A stretch of DNA of 64,000 bases, taken from the NCBI GenBank assembly GCA_963772565.1, contig CAVYXU010000033.1, forward strand, positions 5,323 through 69,322, written 5' to 3'. A model generated the notes under the pieces. That model was not told the DNA's origin. It did not search any database and worked only from the letters and a program-made list of their open reading frames with translations. This stretch comes from an uncultured Chloroflexia bacterium (lineage in GTDB: Bacteria; Chloroflexota; Limnocylindria; Limnocylindrales; CSP1-4). How positions within the stretch are numbered: the first letter of the stretch is position 1; each line of letters starts with the position of its first letter. This document shows positions 52,673-62,025 of the stretch, piece after piece. The position numbers were made by a program, and so were the translations under genes.

Positions 52673-53101
52673 CTACGTCCTGTGGTCGGTGGTGACCTCG
52701 CGCAGCCGGCTGGCGACCACCCGCAGCACCGACAACGCGACCCCCGGTTCATCGTGGAGCACGCGCTCCATGTCCCAGGACGGAAGTGCCAGGCACTGCG
52801 TCGGTGCGTCGGCGACCACCTGCGCAACGCGGGGCCCGCCGTCGAGCACCGAGAGCTCGCCGAAGAACTCGCCCGGTCCAAGCGTGGTCACGACGGCGCC
52901 GTCGCGAACGATTCTCACGCCACCGTCGACGATGACGAAGAAGCCCGTCCCGATCTCACCCTGTCGCGCGATCACGCGGTCGGCCGCGAACTCCACCTCG
53001 ATGGCGACGGCGGCGGTCGCGGCGAGACCCTGTTCGTCGAGGCCGTGGAACAGCCGGCATGCGCCGATGATCTCCGCTCGCCGGTCCTGGGTCAGGGGCA
53101 T
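52673..53101 (-). CDS. Stand-alone cyclic-nucleotide-binding domain protein
   Basis: RQGEIG, FFGELSVLDGGPRVA; no HTH. Confidence 0.88.
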   Translation of the reverse strand: MPLTQDRRAEIIGACRLFHGLDEQGLAATAAVAIEVEFAADRVIARQGEIGTGFFVIVDGGVRIVRDGAVVTTLGPGEFFGELSVLDGGPRVAQVVADAPTQCLALPSWDMERVLHDEPGVALSVLRVVASRLREVTTDHRT

Positions 53102-53322
53102 CGGTCCCTCCGGTTCGGTGAGTGGGCCATGGTGCGCTGCCCGCCCGCTCGCGTCAACGCGGACGGGGCTCGCGCCGTGGCAGCGGCGGCGTCCCAGCTG
53201 CGTTCGCGCGGCGCCTGGGCCGCCTTGTCTCCGCGGCGTCCGGGCCCCCTTCGGCCGAGTATGAGAGCATGCCGCGGACACGCGGGGGAACAGGGCGCGA
53301 CGGTTGACAGGAGGCTTCGGCG

Positions 53323-53745
53323 ATGGCCACGCGAGAGGAGATCGCAGACATCCTCGCGGGGTTCGCGATCTTCGGAGATCTTCAGACCCCACAGCTGGTC
53401 GGCGTCGCGAGCGCCTTCGAAGAGGTCTTCTTCCCCGAGGGGGACCGCGTCCTGCGCCAGGGACTCACCGGCTCCGGCTTCTACGTGATCCTCGAGGGCG
53501 CGGCCGACGTGATCGTCGACGGGCAACAGCGCGCGACCCTCCACCGGGGCGACTTCTTCGGCGAGGTGTCGATCCTGCTCGGCGAGCCGCCGACCGCCGA
53601 CATCGTCGCGACGTCCGCGATGCGCTGCATCGTGATCGCGGGGCCGGCGGTCGAGGCGTTCCTCGTCGCGCATCCGAAGATCATGTACCGGATGCTCCAG
53701 GCTCAGGCTCGTCGCCTCCGGAACGCGAACCGCTGGCGGATCTAG
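53323..53745 (+). CDS. Stand-alone cyclic-nucleotide-binding domain protein
   Basis: RQGLTGSGFYVI, FFGEVSILLGEPPTA; SD GGAGG. Confidence 0.88.
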   Translation: MATREEIADILAGFAIFGDLQTPQLVGVASAFEEVFFPEGDRVLRQGLTGSGFYVILEGAADVIVDGQQRATLHRGDFFGEVSILLGEPPTADIVATSAMRCIVIAGPAVEAFLVAHPKIMYRMLQAQARRLRNANRWRI

Positions 53746-53748
53746 GGC

Positions 53749-55275
53749 ATGCCGGTCGACCCCCGCCCGTTCCCGCCGGGCGAGTACCCGGTGATCGTCA
53801 TCGGCAGCGGCCCGGGTGGCCTGCAGCTGAGCTACGGGCTGCGCCGCCACGGCGTTCCGCACGCGGTGCTGTCCGCGGACCCCTCGGCCGGCGGGATGTT
53901 CCGTCGCTGGCCCTTGTTCCAGCGGCTGTTGTCGTGGACCAAGCCGTACGCGCCAGAGAAGCGGGCGACGCGCGAGTACGAGCGGTTCGACTGGAACAGC
54001 CTGATCGCGGACGAGCCGCACCTGCGCGCCCTCCAGGCCGAGACGATGGACGGGTCCTCCTACTTCCCGTCCCGCCAGGAGATGGAGACGAACCTCGTCG
54101 CGTTCGCCGATCGCGCCGGGATCGACATCCGCTACGACTGCCGGTGGGAGCGGACCCGGCGCGAGGAGGGCCCGGACGGGATGACGTTCGTGCTCGGGAC
54201 GAGCGACGGTGAGTACCGCTGCCGGATCCTGGTGCTCGCCGTCGGCGTGGCGCAGCCCATGACCCCCAACAAGCCCGGCATCGAGCATGCCCGCCACTAC
54301 GCGGACACCCGCGAGGCGTCCAGCTACGCGGGCAAGCGCCTGTTCATCATCGGGAAGCAGAACTCCGGGTTCGAGCTTGCATCCGGCCTCGCGTCCTGGG
54401 CGTCACAGATCGTCCTGGCATCGCCGTCCCCCGCGAAGCTGTCCGTGCAGACGCGCTCGCTGGTCGGGGTCCGCGCACGGTACGTGCAGCCGTTCGAGGA
54501 CAACTACCTGGGCATGGGGGTCTCGATCCTCGACGCCTCGATCGATGGGATCGCCCCTGCCGGCAACGCGTATCACGTGGACCTCAAGCGCACCGACACG
54601 GGTGCCCCGATGCGCGTCGAGACGGACGAGGTCATCGCCGCGACGGGGTTCAGCTGTCCGCTCCTGGACCTGCCGGAGCTGGGTGTCGCGACCTTCGGGC
54701 TCGCGCGCCTGCCGGCCATCACGCCGATGTGGGAGAGCACCTCGGTGCCGGGCATCTACTTCGGCGGCACGATCAGCTCGGCGGCCCCGGGCCTCAAGAA
54801 GCACGGCATCCCGTCCTACTCGGGCGCGATCCAGGGCCACCGCTACAACGACGTGATCCTCGCCCGCCATATCGCGGAACGCCACTTCGGCGTCGTTCCG
54901 GACCGGCCGGCGCTGGCCGAAGCCGACGTGCTCGGCTACCTCCTCCGCGAGGCGACCTGTGCGCCCGAGCTGTGGCACCAGAAGGCGTATCTCGCGCGCG
55001 TGGTGTCGGTCACCCCGGCCGACGGGATCCGCGACGAGGGGATCGTGCCCCTGGTCCACGCGCTCGACGGCATGACCCAGGACCTGGTCGCCATGACGGT
55101 CGAGGCCGACGGCACCGGCCAGATCTACCCGGTCGCATACGTCCGCAAGGACGGCCGCCTGACCGAGCACGCGCTGCCCTCGCATCCGCTCCTCGACTAC
55201 GCCACCGCCGATCATCGAGCCGCGCTGGCGGGCGCACTGGCCGGCCTGTTGCCCGGGTACGGGCGAGGAGCATGA
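53749..55275 (+). CDS. NAD(P)/FAD-dependent oxidoreductase
   Basis: IGSGPGG, GGMF, IIGKQNSGFE, ATGF, GIYFGG. Confidence 0.85.
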   Translation: MPVDPRPFPPGEYPVIVIGSGPGGLQLSYGLRRHGVPHAVLSADPSAGGMFRRWPLFQRLLSWTKPYAPEKRATREYERFDWNSLIADEPHLRALQAETMDGSSYFPSRQEMETNLVAFADRAGIDIRYDCRWERTRREEGPDGMTFVLGTSDGEYRCRILVLAVGVAQPMTPNKPGIEHARHYADTREASSYAGKRLFIIGKQNSGFELASGLASWASQIVLASPSPAKLSVQTRSLVGVRARYVQPFEDNYLGMGVSILDASIDGIAPAGNAYHVDLKRTDTGAPMRVETDEVIAATGFSCPLLDLPELGVATFGLARLPAITPMWESTSVPGIYFGGTISSAAPGLKKHGIPSYSGAIQGHRYNDVILARHIAERHFGVVPDRPALAEADVLGYLLREATCAPELWHQKAYLARVVSVTPADGIRDEGIVPLVHALDGMTQDLVAMTVEADGTGQIYPVAYVRKDGRLTEHALPSHPLLDYATADHRAALAGALAGLLPGYGRGA

Positions 55276-55490
55276 GCCGCCTGCGGCAGGCCTGGTGTCA
55301 GCAGATTGACAGCCCTGCCCGCCCCGATTCTGGGCGCACATACGGCAACCTTGGCGGGTGACGAATTCGTTTCGGGTAGGCTGCCGCGCGTGACACCCCA
55401 CGACACCCGATCCATCGCGCCCGGCAGGGCTGCTCCCGCCGTTCGCCCAGCCCCGCACGCGGGCTCGGGGCTCCTGGCCCGCACACTCCG

Positions 55491-56402
55491 ATGACGGACC
55501 CGGTGCTGATCGTCGCGATGCTCGTGCTCGCGCACCTGGTGGCCGACTTCGTGCTCCAGAACGACTGGATCGCACTCAACAAGGGCAGGGGCGGTCGAAC
55601 TGGATTTGCGGCGCTGGCCGTCCATGGCGGCCACGTCGGGTTCTGCCTCATCCCGGCCGTGCTCGCGTTCGGCCTGCCCGGGCTCGTGTACGTGGCGCTT
55701 GTCGTCGGCTCGCACATGGCGGTGGACCGCTGGAAGGTCGCGGCGACGCGGCGTGCCATCGCCAACGCCCAGGACCTCGCTCGCCACAGGGCTGCCGCGG
55801 GTGCCGCCGCCGACGCCAGCCGGTCGCAGCTGGGTGCCGCCTGGACCCCGATCCCCGGCCTCCTGTTCCTCGCCGACCAGGTGCTGCACCTGACCATCGC
55901 GATCGTCGGCTGGCTGGTGATCCTGGAGGGGACGGCGCTCGTGCCGCAGTTCGTGGACTTCGCCAACGCCGTGCTCCGTGACTGGGACCGGTCGGCCGTC
56001 CACGCGACCATCCTGACCGGGGTGGTGCTGGTCAGCGTGTTCATCGTCAACACGCGCGGTGCGTTCTACTTCGTCCTCTCGCTCGTGACGCCCCGGGAGA
56101 TCAGGGAGGCGGACGGTTCGACGTCTGCCGCGCCCGCGACCGTGTCCACGCTGCCGACCGGTGCCGCCGCCCGGGTCGGCACCACGATCGCGGCGCTCGA
56201 GCGGATGCTCATCGTCGCCTTGCTGCTGGCGGGCGCGCCGATCGTGATCGGGTTCGTGATCCTGGCCGACACCGCGGCGCGATTCCGGCAGCTCGAGGAC
56301 CGGGCGTTCGTGGAGTACCACCTGCTGAGCTCGCTGGCCAGCCTGTTTGTCGCCATCGGCAGCGGCATGATTGCCCAGGCGGCGCTCTCGTCGCTGGGCT
56401 AG
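55491..56402 (+). CDS. DUF3307 membrane protein
   Basis: AHLVADFVLQ, SHMAVDRWK, ADQVLH, ALER. Confidence 0.8.
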   Translation: MTDPVLIVAMLVLAHLVADFVLQNDWIALNKGRGGRTGFAALAVHGGHVGFCLIPAVLAFGLPGLVYVALVVGSHMAVDRWKVAATRRAIANAQDLARHRAAAGAAADASRSQLGAAWTPIPGLLFLADQVLHLTIAIVGWLVILEGTALVPQFVDFANAVLRDWDRSAVHATILTGVVLVSVFIVNTRGAFYFVLSLVTPREIREADGSTSAAPATVSTLPTGAAARVGTTIAALERMLIVALLLAGAPIVIGFVILADTAARFRQLEDRAFVEYHLLSSLASLFVAIGSGMIAQAALSSLG

Positions 56403-56418
56403 GACCGGGCCTGCCGGC

Positions 56419-58468
56419 TCATACCAGCCGCCGGGGTATCCGCTCCGACCAGGCTCGCTCGAAGAACGGCGCGCCATCGAGGCGGACGTCCAGGTCCACC
56501 CGGACATCGAACGTCGCCTCGTCCGACGCGATGGTCCCGGTCGCCCGGATATCGACATCGAACCCGTTGCCCGTCCAGCGGTAGACCACGTCAGTGTCCA
56601 GCCGCGCGTGCGCCGGGTCGGCGTCGGACGCGGTCAGGACGAGGCGCTCCGAGCTGTACACGCGGGAGCCGTCCTCGAGGATGCTCGCCCCGCCCTCGCC
56701 GATGGTCACCGCGACGGTGCCCGCGATGACGTCCTCCTCGATCCGCCATACCGGCGGCTCGTCCTCGCTGCGGCCGACCTCGCGCAGCCCCGCCGGATCG
56801 GTCCGGAAGGCGGGCGTCCGAGCAACCGAGGCACCATCGGGCAGCACCGGCAGGACCAGCCGGGAGGGGCTGGCCGGACCCCAGTGGATCCGCACCTCGC
56901 CGGGCTGCGGCGAGGGCCACAGCACGGGCCAGTACCCGGTCAGCACGGTGAGCCGGATCCGGTGACCCGGCGAAAAGCGGTACCCGGTGGCGCGGAGGGG
57001 AATCCGCACCTCCTCGACCCGGTCCGGCGCCATCGGGCTCGGGTCGTTGTCCGAAGCGCGGTGGGTGAGGTTGAGCGCGCCCGTCGCGACAAGCGCGGAG
57101 GTGCCGTCCGGCGACACCTCGGACAGGCGGACCACGCAGGTCGCGACCGGCATCGTCGTGGAGACGTGGAGCACCGCGGCGGGGATCCCGATGACCGACA
57201 TGGCCTGCGGCAGCGGATCCGAGGTCCACGTGGCGCCGCGGCTCTCGTCGGGACGCAGGTCGCGGGCCAGGCCGTTGGGGTGCCAGCCCGCGCCCCACGA
57301 GAGGGCACCGGTCGTGCCGGCCGTGGCGCGATGGGGGATCGAGGTCACGCCGGTGTCGGTCGCGGCCGGCTCCCCGAGCGAGCCGTCGCCGAGCGACAGC
57401 TCGACCGGGCTCAGGCCCGGCACGGGCAGCGCCGTCGCAGCCCGCCAGCGGCCGGGCCAGGCGGCCGGGAACGCAACGGGCTCCGCCCAGGTGTGCTCGA
57501 ACCAGACGACCGCCGGCTCGCGATCCCAGCCGTTCTCGACGCCCTTGAGATAGCGATCGAAGAACCGCACCATCTCGTGGTACCAGTTGAGGTTCGGGCC
57601 CGGGTACGCATCGTCGGGGAACGAGTGGACCCAGTTGCCGACCAGCGTCCGCACTGCGGCGTTGCCGCATCGCTCCTGGATCCGGAACGCCGGGTCGACG
57701 TACGAATCGCTCCAGCCCGCGATCTGGAACACGGCGCACTCGAGCGCGTCGTAGTCGGGGGCAAGCGATCCGCGCCGCCAGTAGGGTCCGTCCGTCTGCT
57801 CGCGGATCCACTGAGAACAGCCAGGGCGGCGTCTGCTCGAGGCGCTCCCGCCACTCGTCGCGCCAGCCGTCGCCGCGGAACGCGGGCAGCGGCGGCATCG
57901 CGTTCATGCCCAGCTGGCTGACGGCGTACTGGCTCTTCTCGCTGGCGGTGACGCAGCCACCCCGGAAGTGGACATCGTCCCGATACCGGTCGTCGGTGGC
58001 GTACATCGGCAGGATCGCGCGCAGGTGCGGCGGGCGGAGCCTGGCGACCTGGATCGAGGTGAAGCCCCCGTAGCTGATGCCCCACATCCCCACGTTGCCG
58101 TTGCACCACGGTTGCGCCGCGAGCCACTCGACGGCGTCGTAGCCGTCCTGCGTCTCGGCCTCGGTGTACTCGTCCACGGCCACACCGGGCGAGCTGCCCG
58201 TCCCGCGGACGTCGAGACGGCACAGCGCGAACCCGCGCGCCGCGAGCCACTCGCCGCGCGCGACGTCCGAGTTGCGGCGCCAGTTGTCCTTGCCGTAGGG
58301 GATCATCTCGAGGATCGCCGGAACCCCCGCATCCGGCGTACCGGCGCGTGGCCGGGGCAACCACAGATTGGCCGACAGCTCGAGACCGTCGCGGACGGGG
58401 ATCCGGACATCCCAGCGGACCTCGACCTCGTGGTCGGGTCGGCTCGTGTCGCCGGCGTCGGTGCTCAC
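56419..58468 (-). CDS. CocE/NonD family serine hydrolase, frameshift near 57812
   Basis: IPVRDG, PYGKD, DVRGTGSS, WGISYGG, GWSDSY, GNWVH, PepX C-terminal domain. Confidence 0.9.
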
Positions 58469-58616
58469 GCCGACGAGGATACCGGCGGCCCGATCCCGCC
58501 GGCCGATCGCGCGCGGCGGATCTCGTCCGGCGCAACCAGGAACGCGGGCTTCGACGGGCCGGGGCTCCGCCTCCCGGTCAGGACACCCACGGGCCGTCAA
58601 CCGTTACCGTGTGCGG

Positions 58617-59267
58617 GTGACGCACGACGACGAGCACGAGCGACCGGCCACCGGTCGACCGGCCACCGACCGACCGGCCGCGGAACCCGCGATCGCACAC
58701 GCCATCGGCCAAGAGGGCGCGCAGGACATCGGCCCATGGCGCCGCCGGTCGCGGACGCGCCCGTATGCCAACCCGTGGATCGAGCTGTTTCATGACGAGG
58801 TGGATCGGCCGGACGGGAGCCCCGGCATCTACGGCGTCGTTCACTTCCTGAGCGCGGCCGTGGGGGTCGTGGCCACCGACGAGGCGGGCCGCCTGCTCCT
58901 GGTCGGCCAGCACCGCTACGCGCTCGACGAGTACAGCTGGGAGATCCCCGAAGGTGGCGTCGGGGCCGGCGAGGCGCTCGAGGCAGGGGCGCGCCGCGAG
59001 CTGCGCGAGGAGACGGGCTACGAGGCCGACCGGTGGCGCCACCTGTGCCGGATCACGGTGTCCAACTCGGTCACCGATGAGCGCGGCGCGATCTTCGTCG
59101 CGAGCGGTCTCCGCGCGGGCGCCGCAACGCCGGACGGAACCGAGGACCTTGCGCTCCGGTGGGCAACCCTGGACGAGGTCATGGCGGAGATCGACGCGGG
59201 CGAGATCCACGACCTGATCACGATCGCGGGCGTGTGTCGGTACGCGCTCGAGATCCGCGGCGGCTGA
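58617..59267 (+). CDS. Nudix hydrolase (ADP-ribose pyrophosphatase-like)
   Basis: WEIPEGG...GARRELREETG Nudix box. Confidence 0.9.
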   Translation: MTHDDEHERPATGRPATDRPAAEPAIAHAIGQEGAQDIGPWRRRSRTRPYANPWIELFHDEVDRPDGSPGIYGVVHFLSAAVGVVATDEAGRLLLVGQHRYALDEYSWEIPEGGVGAGEALEAGARRELREETGYEADRWRHLCRITVSNSVTDERGAIFVASGLRAGAATPDGTEDLALRWATLDEVMAEIDAGEIHDLITIAGVCRYALEIRGG

Positions 59268-59319
59268 CCAGCCCCGCGACGGCTGACCCGCCCCGCGCCG
59301 CGGTTGACCCGCCCCGCGG
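59261..59319. repeat. About 20-bp tandem repeat, three copies, spanning the Nudix stop codon
   Basis: cgg(c/t)tgacc(a/c)gccccgcg at 59261, 59280 and 59301. Confidence 0.75.
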
Positions 59320-59408
59320 GCCCATCCTCGCGCGCGGCGGCTCCGGACCCGTAGCATGGCGCAGCAGTGTCCCCCCGCGGCCATTGCCCTGACGATCGAG
59401 GTGGTCAC

Positions 59409-60653
59409 GTGTCCGTCGAGCCCGACACCCTGAACCGGATGGCGCGCGGCGCCTTCGAGGCGTCGCTGCCCGGCACCGCGTACGTCACCCGGGACTTCCT
59501 GGATCTCGAACGAGAAGCGATCTGGTGGGCCGAATGGGTGGCGGTCGGCCGGGTCGAGCAGCTGCGCGGGCCGGGCGACTTCCTGGCAGCCGACGTCGCC
59601 GGGGAGCGGGTGATCGTGCTCCGTGATCGCGCCGGCGTGCTGCGCGCCCACTACGACCTGTGCCGGCACCGCGGCTCCCGCCTGACGACCGCGGACCAGC
59701 GTCAGGGACCCGCCACCGGCGAGGCACCCGGACCATCGGGCACGTTCAAGGGGGTCATCCGCTGCACCTACCACTCGTGGTGCTACGAGCTCGACGGCCG
59801 GGTCCGCAACGCGCCGTTCCTGGGCGAGTCGGACGCCTTCGACCCGGAGCTGTTCGGCCTTCACCCGGTGGCGGTCGACACCTGGGGCGGCTGGCTGTTC
59901 GTCAACCTGTCACCCGAGCGCGTGGCGGCGGGGCAAACGCTGGCCGCCCAGCTGGGCGAGATCCCCGCACGGATCGCGCGCTATCCGCTGCCCGACCTCC
60001 GCGCCGTCCGGCGGATCGTGTACGACGTGCGGGCCAACTGGAAGGTCATCGTCGAGAACTACAACGAGTGCTACCACTGCGCGGGGGTGCATCCCGAGCT
60101 GTGCCGGATCGTGCCAGCGTTCAAGGAGCGCGGCGGGTCCAACCTCGACTGGGATGCCGGCGTGCCGCAGGCGGACGGCACCTTCACGTTCACCCTCAGC
60201 GGGACGAGCGACCGCGCACCGTTTCCCGGGCTCGACGCGGGCGAGCAGGTGAGGCACAAGGGCGAGCTCGCGTACCCGAACCTGATGATCAGCCTGTCGG
60301 CCGACCACGTCGCGTCGTTCATGCTCGTCCCCCGCGCCCCCGATCGGACGCTCGTCGTGGTCGACTTCCTGTTCCACCCGGACGAGATCGCCCGGCCCGG
60401 CTTCGATCCGTCGGACGCGGTCGACTTCTGGGACCTCGTCAATCGCCAGGACTGGGCGGTGTGCGAGGGCGTGCAGGAGGGCATGACCTCGCGTCGCTTC
60501 GAGTTCGGCTGGTACGCGCCCATGGAGGACATGAGCCTGGACATCCGGCGCTACCTCGCGACCCGGCTGGGCGAGGACGCCGTGACTCGGGTGGCTCCGG
60601 GTCCGCCCGCGGATGCAGCCGGCAGCGCGGCGCCAACCGGGGACCGCGCATGA
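59409..60653 (+). CDS. Rieske non-heme iron oxygenase alpha subunit (GbcA/Stc2-like N-demethylase group)
   Basis: CRHRG...CTYHSW Rieske ligands, NWKVIVENYNECYHCAGVH, QDWAVCEGVQ. Confidence 0.88.
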   Translation: MSVEPDTLNRMARGAFEASLPGTAYVTRDFLDLEREAIWWAEWVAVGRVEQLRGPGDFLAADVAGERVIVLRDRAGVLRAHYDLCRHRGSRLTTADQRQGPATGEAPGPSGTFKGVIRCTYHSWCYELDGRVRNAPFLGESDAFDPELFGLHPVAVDTWGGWLFVNLSPERVAAGQTLAAQLGEIPARIARYPLPDLRAVRRIVYDVRANWKVIVENYNECYHCAGVHPELCRIVPAFKERGGSNLDWDAGVPQADGTFTFTLSGTSDRAPFPGLDAGEQVRHKGELAYPNLMISLSADHVASFMLVPRAPDRTLVVVDFLFHPDEIARPGFDPSDAVDFWDLVNRQDWAVCEGVQEGMTSRRFEFGWYAPMEDMSLDIRRYLATRLGEDAVTRVAPGPPADAAGSAAPTGDRA

Positions 60654-61840
60654 GGCAGGACTGGGATGTCGTCGTGGTCGGGCTCGGGGCGCTCGGCTCG
60701 GCGGCGGCCTGCTGGCTGTCCGCACGCCCCGGCGTCCGCGTGCTCGGGCTGGAGCAATTCGAGATCGGACACTCGCTGGGCGCGTCGGAGGACGTCAGCC
60801 GCATCATCCGCCTCTCGTACCACCGTGGCGACTACATCCGGTTGGCGAGGCGCGCCTACGAGACATGGGCCGAGATCGAGCGCCTGAGCGGGACGAGGAT
60901 CGTGTTCCGGACCGGCGGTCTCGACATCGGGCCGAGGGAGACGGGGCATGGCGTCGCCATCGACATCGCCGAGTACCGACGCGCGATGACGGCCGAGGGC
61001 GTGTCGTTCGAGGACCTCGACGCGGACGAGATCATGCGCCGGCATCCCGCCTGGCACCTCGACGATCGCCATGTCGGGCTGTTCCAGGCCGATGCCGGGC
61101 TTGCCGATCCGTCGCGCGGAAATGCCGCACACCGGACGCTCGCGATCGCCCAGGGGGCCGTGCTGCGGGACCGGTCGCCGGTGGCGAGGATCGAGGACCG
61201 GGGTGGCGAGCTCACCCTCGTGCTCGACGGCGGCGAGCGGATCCACGCGGGCCACGTGGTGATCGCCGCCGACTCCTGGACCAACGAGCTGCTGGAACCG
61301 CTGGGCATGGCGCTGCCCCTCACGATCACCCAGGAGCAGGTCAGCTGGTTCACGCCGCGTGTGGATCCGACCCTGTTCTCGGCCGGGCGGTTCCCGATCT
61401 GGATCTGGATGGACGAGCCGTCGTTCTACGGCTTTCCGACACACGGCCATCCGGGGCCGAAGATCGGACAGGACGTCGGCGGGCGCGAGGTCACCAACGC
61501 GAGCCGGACATTCGACCGGGACGAGGACGCCCACGCGCGCGTGCTGGCCTTCCTCGACGCGCACCTGCCGGGCATGGCCGTCGAGCCGTTCCTGACCAAG
61601 ACCTGCCTGTACACCCTCACACCCGATCGCGACTTCGTCGTGGATGCGCTGCCGGAGCACCCGGGCGTCCACGTCGTGCTCGGCTCGGCGCACGCGTTCA
61701 AGTTCGCGTCGGTGCTGGGTCGGATCCTCGCGGAGCTCATCGTTGACGGCGCAACCCCCTCCGCGCCGGAGCTTGCCGGGTTCCGGATCGACCGACAGAT
61801 CCTGAGCGACCCGGGTCCCGCGAGGACCTTCATCGTCTAG
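60650..61840 (+). CDS. solA: Monomeric sarcosine oxidase / N-methyltryptophan oxidase
   Basis: VVGLGALGS, SRIIRLSY, CLYTLTPDRDF (covalent FAD Cys), HAFKFA. Confidence 0.85.
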   Translation: MRQDWDVVVVGLGALGSAAACWLSARPGVRVLGLEQFEIGHSLGASEDVSRIIRLSYHRGDYIRLARRAYETWAEIERLSGTRIVFRTGGLDIGPRETGHGVAIDIAEYRRAMTAEGVSFEDLDADEIMRRHPAWHLDDRHVGLFQADAGLADPSRGNAAHRTLAIAQGAVLRDRSPVARIEDRGGELTLVLDGGERIHAGHVVIAADSWTNELLEPLGMALPLTITQEQVSWFTPRVDPTLFSAGRFPIWIWMDEPSFYGFPTHGHPGPKIGQDVGGREVTNASRTFDRDEDAHARVLAFLDAHLPGMAVEPFLTKTCLYTLTPDRDFVVDALPEHPGVHVVLGSAHAFKFASVLGRILAELIVDGATPSAPELAGFRIDRQILSDPGPARTFIV

Positions 61841-62025
61841 TGAGCGCACGCCCCGCCCCGGCGGGTCTCGCGGCCGCGGGCCGTCCCGCGCCGCGGGTCG
61901 TGCCACACGGAAGTTGCATACACCCTATTCACTGTGCAACCCTCCGGAGCACCGTCGGCGCATCCGGCGATGCCGGCCCGTGTCCCAAGCGTCACATGGT
62001 CGAGCACAGGAGGAGGAACCCCAGC

